The notes beneath the pieces were generated by a model. That model worked only from the letters and a program-made list of their open reading frames with translations. It was not told the DNA's origin and ran no database searches. Positions 56,521 through 64,000 of a DNA stretch of 64,000 bases are shown piece after piece (within the stretch, counting starts at the first letter, position 1; each line of letters begins with the position of its first letter). This DNA is from a virus: positions 32,001 to 96,000 of IMG/VR virus record IMGVR_UViG_3300035703_000022. One strand, given 5' to 3'. Position numbers and translations under genes: made by a program.

Positions 56521-56572
56521 TGTTTTCGACCTAAGTGTTTTTATTTATAAGACTTTTTTGTTTAAAAGTCAA

Positions 56573-56645
56573 CAGGCACGGCTGGACTCGAACCAGCAAT
56601 CGGCAGCTTAGAAGGCTGATGCATTATCCATTATGCTACGTGCCC
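56573..56645 (-). tRNA. tRNA-Arg(TCT)
   Basis: CAGC-CTTCTAA-GCTG. Confidence 0.9.
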
Positions 56646-56682
56646 ACAAGACAATCATACCATTAAAAGGTCGGATTGTCAA

Positions 56683-56769
56683 CGGAGAAAGAGGGATTCG
56701 AACCCTCGGTGAAGTTACCCCCACACAGACTTTCCAGGTCTGCTCCTTAAACCACTCGGACACCTCTCC
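56683..56769 (-). tRNA. tRNA-Ser(GGA)
   Basis: CAGAC-CTGGAAA-GTCTG, long variable arm. Confidence 0.92.
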
Positions 56770-56829
56770 ATATTTAGACTATAGAATGGGGGAGGAATAT
56801 TGTCAACCCCTCCCTCCTATTCTATTGTA

Positions 56830-57495
56830 TCAAACTTCTACCGTGATCAGTCGGTTAGCATATTCATGAGCATATGATGTACGGGCACCATGAATGCCCC
56901 AACCAATCCAACTATACGCATAGTTCATGTAACGGTCGATAGACTTACCAGGAGTTTTCATCCTATCTTCGATACGTTTCCATTGAACTTCAGTTGTTAG
57001 ATAACGAAGTTGCGTTGGAAGTGTTGATGGAGAACCACCAAACTTCTTAGCAAATTCACCCAATCCATAATAACGATCGGCAGATGTCCATTGGATCAGA
57101 CCATAACCACGTCCGCAGTGATGGTACTGAGTCCTACTACCACCTTCACAAATATTAGGCACGAACATAGATTCCTGCTTAATATTGCCCAGGATAGTAG
57201 CAAGGGCGTTTCTGTCTTTAATACCACGATCCTGGAAATAATCCAAGGTAGCATTCTCATATTCATTACACCCTTTACAAATAAGCCTTTTCTCTTTTGG
57301 CTTTGGTAGTGCAACCTCGCGGATTGCTGTCTTCTGATCATTAACAAGATCAAATTCCTTAATAACGGAAAAGGGCGCTTGTCCTGAAACAGGAGGTGGC
57401 GGCCCTTGCATCTTGTAATTCTGGAATGGCAGTGATGCCGTATTGGTTGTAACCATCGCTACAAGAGGAACGGCTACAGTAAAGAAGTTTAGCAT
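56830..57495 (-). CDS. phage tail-type lysozyme / cell-wall hydrolase with N-terminal signal (start probably ATG 57495)
   Basis: ILGNIKQES, GYGLIQWT, TQLRYL. Confidence 0.8.
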   Translation of the reverse strand: MLNFFTVAVPLVAMVTTNTASLPFQNYKMQGPPPPVSGQAPFSVIKEFDLVNDQKTAIREVALPKPKEKRLICKGCNEYENATLDYFQDRGIKDRNALATILGNIKQESMFVPNICEGGSRTQYHHCGRGYGLIQWTSADRYYGLGEFAKKFGGSPSTLPTQLRYLTTEVQWKRIEDRMKTPGKSIDRYMNYAYSWIGWGIHGARTSYAHEYANRLITVEV

Positions 57496-57652
57496 TAAAT
57501 TTAATTGAACTCTACATCCGTATAGAAAGGGGGTACACCCTTTTCTCAAAGGGCACTTTCCACGGCTCTAAATGTCACCTCAAAATCTCATTATAAGAAA
57601 ACCCACATAAGTGGGCTTTTTTCATTATAAGTTTTTATTTAGGTTTTGTCAA

Positions 57653-57793
57653 TTATTCGGTCAACATGGCTTCACGAAACTCCTCATAAACCGCACAGGC
57701 ATTAAGATAATCACCCATCTCTGCGAGATAATGAAGGCGATCAATAATACTATCTTTGAGGTTTTCAGCTTGATCAATCATTTGATGTTCCAT
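57653..57793 (-). CDS. 46-aa hypothetical protein
   Basis: MEHQMIDQAENLKDSIIDRLHYL...; GGAAGG SD. Confidence 0.55.
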   Translation of the reverse strand: MEHQMIDQAENLKDSIIDRLHYLAEMGDYLNACAVYEEFREAMLTE

Positions 57794-57922
57794 GAAAGTA
57801 ATCCTTCCTGTAGTGACGACCGAGTACTTTTTTATTCTAGTATCTGGGTTTCAAAATGTCAAGTGTTACATTTTAAAACCAACATTCATAAATAACTGTG
57901 GTCATTAAATACCAAAAGAACA

Positions 57923-58384
57923 ATGAAAAGATTACTTCTAATCTCTTCGTTATTCTTTATCACTCCTGTAAGTGCTGCTGAAATTACATCAAGAATTACT
58001 GATTCTGTTCAATTGGGTGTACAGGGCGCAGCGGTCCAATCAACAAGAATTGGGGCATCATATTCTGCCTCAGGAACAAATATTCAAGCAACATCATTTG
58101 GCGGTGTAAATGGTGCTGGAACTTATGATATCAATACAGCAGGTCAAGCATTTACTTTCTCAGAAAGTTTCAATGCTGCTGATACACCAGTCACCACTCA
58201 GTCGGTCAGTGGTGGAGTTATTGCTTCTCCCAACCTTTATGGGGATAGTGTTACTCAGTTAGCAGGAGACAAAGGTTCTCTCGCTGGTACATTATCACCT
58301 ACTGGTGTTCCTACCGTAACTGCTGGTGGTCCTGGTACTACAGCAACTGCACAACGTAGCATTGAGTTGAGCGTATTCAAATGA
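57923..58384 (+). CDS. secreted/virion-associated Gly-Ser-Thr-rich protein
   Basis: signal peptide; CATAAATA late-like promoter at 57887; TAGGPGTTATAQ. Confidence 0.75.
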   Translation: MKRLLLISSLFFITPVSAAEITSRITDSVQLGVQGAAVQSTRIGASYSASGTNIQATSFGGVNGAGTYDINTAGQAFTFSESFNAADTPVTTQSVSGGVIASPNLYGDSVTQLAGDKGSLAGTLSPTGVPTVTAGGPGTTATAQRSIELSVFK

Positions 58385-58740
58385 GACATATCCTAGCAGG
58401 GTTATTCCTGCTAGGGTTTTCTTGTCCTGCCCTAGCAGAAAGTGTTGTACCCAATTTTACAAGGGGTACAATCAATGCGACTACAGAATCTGTCACAAAA
58501 GTGATAGAAACAATTCGCCAAGTTGAATACACAACTGGCACATCTTATACTGTATCTGGAACTAATATCAACATTCCTGGAAGACCAACTCAGGATTCAA
58601 ATTATAGTATCATGACTCAGGGTGCTCCATTCCAGTTCAGTGAAACCTATCTTGGCCCTGGAGTGGCAAAAGAAACATGGATAGATCGCACTACAGAAAC
58701 TCAATCAACCACTACATCAATCTCTGTCTTTACGCAGTGA
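58381..58740 (+). CDS. secreted/virion-associated protein
   Basis: signal peptide, VVPNFT.G, PFQFSETY.GPG. Confidence 0.75.
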   Translation: MRHILAGLFLLGFSCPALAESVVPNFTRGTINATTESVTKVIETIRQVEYTTGTSYTVSGTNINIPGRPTQDSNYSIMTQGAPFQFSETYLGPGVAKETWIDRTTETQSTTTSISVFTQ

Positions 58741-59267
58741 TTAGTTGTGGAACATTACCAGTTCTCGCGCAAAGTACTCCCGCTCCTTCTAATACTAACA
58801 TTGCTGGTCCTAGCGCCTCTGCCACTGGCAATGTTACTAATCAAGCAGTACAAGTACTACAAGGACCATATGCAGTCAACACATATGGTGGAGGAGTTAG
58901 TTGTCAAGGAGCAACATTCAGTGTCTCCCCATTTTTAATGAACAGTGGAAATAACAGTGATGACCCAGAAACATTCGCTTCACGAAATGGCAGTTGGGGC
59001 ATCTCTGCTGGTTTGAATATTCCGTTAGATGGAAGTTTAATGAACTTGTGTAGAAAAAGAGCAGAAACTGAAATTGCTAGACAGCAAGCAGAAACTGATA
59101 AGGCAAGATTAGATTTTGAACTCGTAAGATTATTAAAATGTGGTGAAGCATATAAGAATGGAGTAATGTTCCATCCAGAAAGTCCTTACTATAAGATCTG
59201 TGCAGATATTGTTGTGAAATACCCAAAGGTTGAGGACGTGGTAAATGGAACCAATAAAACCAATTGA
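58677..59267 (+). CDS. conserved cyanophage protein
   Basis: GNVTNQAVQVLQG, YGGGVSCQG, DFELVRLLKCGE. Confidence 0.75.
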   Translation: MDRSHYRNSINHYINLCLYAVISCGTLPVLAQSTPAPSNTNIAGPSASATGNVTNQAVQVLQGPYAVNTYGGGVSCQGATFSVSPFLMNSGNNSDDPETFASRNGSWGISAGLNIPLDGSLMNLCRKRAETEIARQQAETDKARLDFELVRLLKCGEAYKNGVMFHPESPYYKICADIVVKYPKVEDVVNGTNKTN

Positions 59268-60111
59268 TACTTCTAGTTTAAGACCTATAATCGGAAATAA
59301 TCCGATTAACGTTCCAAATTCAAACATCAATAAAATTGCTGGTCCTTCTGTAATTTCCACCATAGAGAAACCAGCAATTCGTGATGTTGATGCACCAGTA
59401 GTTCGTGGATTAGAAGTTCCTATTGTCGATGTACCAAATACAGGAATACCATATCCAGTCATTAATGTTCCAACTCAAGCAGAGTTTGATGCTGCAGTAA
59501 AAGCAGAAAGAGAAAAGCAAGCAGCAGAACAGCAAGAAAAAACAAGAGGATTACCAGATACTACCCCTCCACCTCAACTGCCTCAGGTTGCTCAAACCCC
59601 TCCCATTCCTGAGGTAAAAACAGAGATCCCTGCAGACAAACCCAGCATAACGATAGCAGGATTAAATATAGATCTACCAGATCCATCTCTGGTAGCGACA
59701 GCAGGTTCTGTGGCAGTTGTTACTACTGCTGCGACAATGGTGGCTACAACGGCATTCAATACTCTCAAGAACGCTGCCGAACCACTCATCAAAGAAGCAA
59801 CCAAAAAGAAATTTAAACTCAAGATCAAACAAGTCAAACCCGTGTTACACTATGTACTAGCGGAAGGAGGGCATATCGATGTATTTGAATACTCAGCTGA
59901 AGGCACAAGACTAGTAGAACAAGTCGATAACGTAGAACAATATATTCGAGATCAAGTTGAAATAAACTCTCTCTATGAGATTGATAATAAAATAATTATT
60001 GATGATGTTATTGCGGACAAATTTACAAAAGAGGGGCAAAAGAGATTCAAACCTCTATTTGCCCCTGCTAAAAAGATTGCGAAGAAATTATCTGCTAAGT
60101 TCTCAATCTGA
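59245..60111 (+). CDS. Pro-rich membrane-anchored hypothetical protein
   Basis: Pro-rich linker plus Ala/Thr hydrophobic segment. Confidence 0.7.
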   Translation: MEPIKPIDTSSLRPIIGNNPINVPNSNINKIAGPSVISTIEKPAIRDVDAPVVRGLEVPIVDVPNTGIPYPVINVPTQAEFDAAVKAEREKQAAEQQEKTRGLPDTTPPPQLPQVAQTPPIPEVKTEIPADKPSITIAGLNIDLPDPSLVATAGSVAVVTTAATMVATTAFNTLKNAAEPLIKEATKKKFKLKIKQVKPVLHYVLAEGGHIDVFEYSAEGTRLVEQVDNVEQYIRDQVEINSLYEIDNKIIIDDVIADKFTKEGQKRFKPLFAPAKKIAKKLSAKFSI

Positions 60112-60334
60112 AAATTTATCTACAATCCAAGAGATTACCAAAACTGGAATATAAACCACAATATTATAGAGAATGTCTACAAAGATGTTATCTTTCTCTT
60201 CTTTACGTTTGTCCTTTGATGGTACTGTTGTCATTTTGTAACACCTTAAACAAATTTTTACTATTTAACAAAATAAAATAATATTGTAAATATTTTTTAA
60301 GTTTTTGTATCGATCTCCTGATATAATCAATCCA

Positions 60335-61081
60335 TCAATACTTACCTTCGGTGCAGTACTGAAGTTTCTTATTTGGATAATAAGGGTACAAACCATCTTG
60401 TGGTTTCATCCATCCACAACCAATCAACCACTCTTTAGTCATTGGCGTTGGTATAACTTGTTCCCACAATGGACCTTGTGCTGCCATTTCAAGATACCTA
60501 GCAGTCTGGTTAAGTTGCTCTTCTGCCCAGTTGGCATCTGCTTCCCAAGGAATAGCACGACTCTGCATCATTGACTCATAGGTTAATCTTGTATTTTTCA
60601 TTAACCAATCTGGAATTTCACTGTCCTGATGAACTTGTGCCATAAATGCAGTATTTAATCCACCACCCATAGCATCTTGAACAACATGCCAACCTTCGTG
60701 TCTTAGAGTGCCAAGAAACTCTCTTTCATCTTTTAATAGAGTTTCATTGATAAAGAAACGATTATAATTTGGTTTATAAAGTCCTACTGTTCTTGGAGTA
60801 AAATATCTTTCTGGAGCAACATAAACAGGGACTTCAAGTTTATTAAGAACAGTTATAATTCTAACTATTTCTTCTCGGAAAGGATCAAAGTCTGGATCTT
60901 TTAAGAATTCTGTTTCTGCTGATAATTTTTCTACACCTTCAGTACATTCTAAAAGTATCATGCAACCCATTGCCTCTGCACTATAAGGTCTTACTGTAGG
61001 TTGTTTTGGTTCAAGTGAATTTGCTAATACCGGAAATGTTAAAGTTAAAGATAATCCGATTGTTGCAATGAATTTTTTCAT
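60335..61081 (-). CDS. secreted protein with HExxH zincin-like motif
   Basis: signal peptide, LRHEGWHVVQD, WEADA. Confidence 0.7.
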   Translation of the reverse strand: MKKFIATIGLSLTLTFPVLANSLEPKQPTVRPYSAEAMGCMILLECTEGVEKLSAETEFLKDPDFDPFREEIVRIITVLNKLEVPVYVAPERYFTPRTVGLYKPNYNRFFINETLLKDEREFLGTLRHEGWHVVQDAMGGGLNTAFMAQVHQDSEIPDWLMKNTRLTYESMMQSRAIPWEADANWAEEQLNQTARYLEMAAQGPLWEQVIPTPMTKEWLIGCGWMKPQDGLYPYYPNKKLQYCTEGKY

Positions 61082-61278
61082 TCATCCCACCATCCTTCTT
61101 GTTTATGAATCCAGACTTTCAAATCTTTTACATATTTTCTCAAGATCTGGGCCTGTTCTTCATGCCAAAAATCACCCGTCTCCATAAAAAGACGGGTGTG
61201 ATTGTCTATTGCTTGTAGTATTTTATGGATCGGTCCATTCCAACACTCCCTCTTTGGAGTGTTCCATTCTCTTGGCAT
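61078..61278 (-). CDS. hypothetical protein
   Basis: MPREWNTPKRECWN. Confidence 0.7.
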   Translation of the reverse strand: MPREWNTPKRECWNGPIHKILQAIDNHTRLFMETGDFWHEEQAQILRKYVKDLKVWIHKQEGWWDE

Positions 61279-61485
61279 TTGTATTCAACTGTATAAAGTT
61301 GTCCGTTGTGGATATAATCAACTTGACATAAATTAGGTCCAATCATAACATTACCAGCTATTAAAATTTCTAGTAACATTATTTCTTTTTACCTCCATTC
61401 TTTGCCTTTTTGGCAGTAGCGTTACCTTGATTTTGTTTTTTATTTCCAGAAGAACCTTTTTTACCTTTGTTAGCAGACTTTGACA

Positions 61486-61908
61486 TCAGAGGTCTCCTCT
61501 TTGGAATGGTTTTTCTTCATCAACTTTCGCTTCAAGAGCTTCCACTCTTTCCTCAAGTGAGGTATCACCATATCCAGTATCAACTAAAGGCAATTCTTCA
61601 GTTGCTTCCTGAGCTGGTTCTTCCCAAAGTGGCATTCTTTCTGTAGTTGGAGGTTCTGGAGGTGATTCTACAAACTCTTCTCTCTTTGGTTCTGATTTTT
61701 TATCATCATCATCATCACCTTTCTTCATGGTATTAATACCAAAAGTGGCAGCAGACGCGGTAAAAACCGTCGCAATGAATGTTGGGTCCATCTTAGATAA
61801 CATACCAGCATAACTTGCAGTAAGTAGTGCAGCAGCCCAACCAAGAATAGCAACACGGATCACAGTGTTCATACATGCCTCTCTTTTTTTAGTCTTGTTG
61901 TTGTCCAT
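61486..61908 (-). CDS. two-TM membrane protein, holin candidate
   Basis: two TM helices, DPTFIA motif, directly downstream of lysozyme. Confidence 0.55.
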   Translation of the reverse strand: MDNNKTKKREACMNTVIRVAILGWAAALLTASYAGMLSKMDPTFIATVFTASAATFGINTMKKGDDDDDKKSEPKREEFVESPPEPPTTERMPLWEEPAQEATEELPLVDTGYGDTSLEERVEALEAKVDEEKPFQRGDL

Positions 61909-61929
61909 TGTAGGTTTTAGTGAGTAAGG

Positions 61930-62475
61930 TTAACCTTTTTTCCAAGCTTCACCTTCTGCTTTTCTCCTACGTGCAAGTCCTGCTTCTACATTTGAACCAG
62001 GATTTCTATAGAGATAAAGCGCATCGGGAACTAGATCCCACTCTTTATTCTTCAGGCGTTTAGTAATAGTATTAAAGTTATCGCCACCGTAAAAACCGGC
62101 ACCAAGATTATAAGCAAAGCTGAGCAAAGCGCCTCTTTTTCCATCTGACATTTCATTCCAGTGTGGGATCTTACGAAGTGCAGGAAGGAATTGATTCTTG
62201 CACTGACTGATTAACAGTTCATCCGCTTCTTGCTGGGTGATATTATCACCCATTTGAAATGGTTGGCCATTCTTATTTCTAGTAGAACCCCAACCAATTG
62301 TGATTGGCAGACCACCAGTTAAAGGATCAGGATATGCCGATAAATGACATCCTTCAAATTCCTTGATTAACTTAATGCCCATCATTGGGACATCATCACT
62401 ACCACTTGCGACAGCAGGAGCAGAAGCACCACTGCCGCTATTTACTTTCCCAAAGATTTGCCACAGTGAGGGCAT
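61930..62475 (-). CDS. GH24 lysozyme (endolysin); probably C-terminal part of a frameshift fusion
   Basis: LIKEFEG...YPD...TIGWG, ALLSFAYNLG, GLARRRKAE. Confidence 0.92.
   Translation of the reverse strand: MPSLWQIFGKVNSGSGASAPAVASGSDDVPMMGIKLIKEFEGCHLSAYPDPLTGGLPITIGWGSTRNKNGQPFQMGDNITQQEADELLISQCKNQFLPALRKIPHWNEMSDGKRGALLSFAYNLGAGFYGGDNFNTITKRLKNKEWDLVPDALYLYRNPGSNVEAGLARRRKAEGEAWKKG
62407..62451 (-). other. putative programmed -1 ribosomal frameshift signal
   Basis: G GGA AAG before TAA; 6-nt spacer; GCGGCAGTGG/CTGCTGTCGC stem. Confidence 0.75.
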
Positions 62476-62672
62476 ACATCACCGGAAGGTGCCGCAGAAG
62501 GACTAGATGAACCAGAAGAAGACTTCTTACCTCTGTAAATTTCAGCCCATTCAGCACTATCATTAAGTACATCATTTGGAAAATTATCTTCCATCCATTG
62601 TACTGCTTTCACATGATTTGGATTTCTATCGTCGTAGAACTTAAAAAAGTTGTGTAGATCTACTCTTGCCAT
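62442..62672 (-). CDS. 76-aa protein = shared lysin N-terminal domain + linker + CxxC
   Basis: MARVDLHNFFKFYD...AVQWMED; AGGAG SD. Confidence 0.8.
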   Translation of the reverse strand: MARVDLHNFFKFYDDRNPNHVKAVQWMEDNFPNDVLNDSAEWAEIYRGKKSSSGSSSPSAAPSGDVCPHCGKSLGK

Positions 62673-62686
62673 TTGTTGTTCTCCTA

Positions 62687-63358
62687 TCAATCGAAAATAC
62701 GACCCCAACCATCGTTACCGCCTGGGTTCCAACGATGCTTAAGAACTGCTTTGGTGTAAATGGTCTTCTTACCATTCGTAACTGGACCACTATAGTTATC
62801 GTTTAGAGAACCATATGGGTCATTAACATAGTATCCTTTGCCATCTGGTGTCTTACCAATCACTACACACATGTGACCACCAGTAGGATTAGATAAAGAG
62901 CCGCGATGTAGGATGCCGATAACGACAGGTTTCCCAGCATCAAGACTCTTATCAATGTCAGCAAAAGAAAGATTGTAACTAAAGTGTGACTTAACACCAT
63001 AACCTGCCAGAACTTTCGTCTGTACGGCATGATCAGTTGTATCACCGATTGCAAATACTTTCTTAACATACTCATCATCGCCTTTAATGCTTCCTGGTTT
63101 AAGGAATGCAAGACACATAGCACATGAAGAACTGTTACAAGTTCTATGTGCATCTCTGTAATTATCTACTTGATTGAAGTATGGAACATCTAAAACTGCT
63201 GGTACAGGAGGAGCAGTTCTAAAAATACTTACCCAATCAGATTGAGAATCATCTAAAAATTTTTCTGGAAGATTATCTTCTAGCCACTGTACTGCCGCTA
63301 CATGATTGGCATTTTTATCATCATAATACTTAAAAAAGTTATGAAGATCTAGTGTCAT
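62687..63358 (-). CDS. C39-like cysteine peptidase with shared N-terminal domain (lysin candidate)
   Basis: LDVPYFNQ, CNSSSCAM, GHMCVVIG, VNDPYG. Confidence 0.85.
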   Translation of the reverse strand: MTLDLHNFFKYYDDKNANHVAAVQWLEDNLPEKFLDDSQSDWVSIFRTAPPVPAVLDVPYFNQVDNYRDAHRTCNSSSCAMCLAFLKPGSIKGDDEYVKKVFAIGDTTDHAVQTKVLAGYGVKSHFSYNLSFADIDKSLDAGKPVVIGILHRGSLSNPTGGHMCVVIGKTPDGKGYYVNDPYGSLNDNYSGPVTNGKKTIYTKAVLKHRWNPGGNDGWGRIFD

Positions 63359-63407
63359 CTTCTTCTCCTATAAAGTTTGAAAAAATATAATATTTTCAAT
63401 CACTATT

Positions 63408-63836
63408 TTAATTAAAATTGCCATAATCTGCTCTCATATATCGTCCTAAAATATTACTATTGTAGTATAATGGGATTCCATCTCCAAGAGATTCTTTCAA
63501 TACATTATTTAGAAAAAGTTGTCTAGTTTCTTCATAATTACAGCTCATTTTTGTATCATGAAGACTCAAAATAACTCTATTAAAAATTTCTTTTCCAAAT
63601 TTCTTTACATCATCTTTCAATTCAAAACAGGAACCGTAATATTTTTTCCAATCAGATTCTTGCTTTACTTTTCTTTTCTTACCCGGTGGTTTTCTATAAG
63701 ACCAAAAATACTTTCTACCAATATACTTTCTACCGTTGGACTGATTGGTAATAAGATAAACAAACCCAAAGTTGTTTTCTATATTATCAGAATCAAAAAT
63801 TTGGCCATTAAATGTCCAAGGGTTCTCATAACTCAT
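63408..63836 (-). CDS. GIY-YIG endonuclease (T4 endonuclease II-like)
   Basis: GFVYLITN...KYIGRKYF, SDWKKYYGS, YYNSNI. Confidence 0.85.
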   Translation of the reverse strand: MSYENPWTFNGQIFDSDNIENNFGFVYLITNQSNGRKYIGRKYFWSYRKPPGKKRKVKQESDWKKYYGSCFELKDDVKKFGKEIFNRVILSLHDTKMSCNYEETRQLFLNNVLKESLGDGIPLYYNSNILGRYMRADYGNFN

Positions 63837-64000
63837 AAAGCCTTTAGAATCACTAAGCCTTATTTATCCTTTGAACCCGGACAGAGTTATTTTATTATAA
63901 GTCAAGAGGCTATGTCAAGTATTTTTTGTTCATCTATAAAATTAATTAAAGTTTCTGCCCAAAATTTATGAAAAGGTTCTGGTAGATGCTTTGACCATCT

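Noticed and set aside
54585-56869. ORF-track ORFs overlapping tRNAs (54585..54788, 54606..54818, 54862..55083, 56146..56337, 56633..56869)
   Set aside because: They are translations of tRNA genes

Overview
This window is a segment of a T4-like cyanomyovirus genome, probably of the freshwater S-CRM01-like type, with nearly all genes on the minus strand. It opens with T4 core genes (gp32, gp59, gp33, exonuclease, phoH, thyX, glutaredoxin). An AT-rich cassette of about 11 kb under a late promoter follows, carrying tail-fibre-like genes, 2OG-Fe(II) oxygenases, five GT25-like paralogues, a DegT aminotransferase, an amidinotransferase and a carbamoyltransferase. Next come photosynthesis and carbon AMGs (psbD, gnd, talC, psbA, peroxiredoxin, petF, two hli, a porin) and a nucleotide-sugar/glycosyltransferase operon containing nadE. 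The window holds 28 tRNAs covering all 20 amino acids and ends with a lysis region. Main observations: (1) a tandem glnA-type glutamine riboswitch whose second aptamer carries a complete 51-aa ORF inside its P2 stem-loop; (2) a canonical -1 frameshift signal (G GGA AAG plus hairpin) that would fuse a shared N-terminal domain onto the lysozyme; (3) the amidino/carbamoyl/glycosyl tailoring cassette; (4) a manA/wcaG-like RNA also interrupted by an ORF; (5) unexplained structured RNAs inside the tRNA array. All family assignments come from motif recognition by eye; no searches were run.
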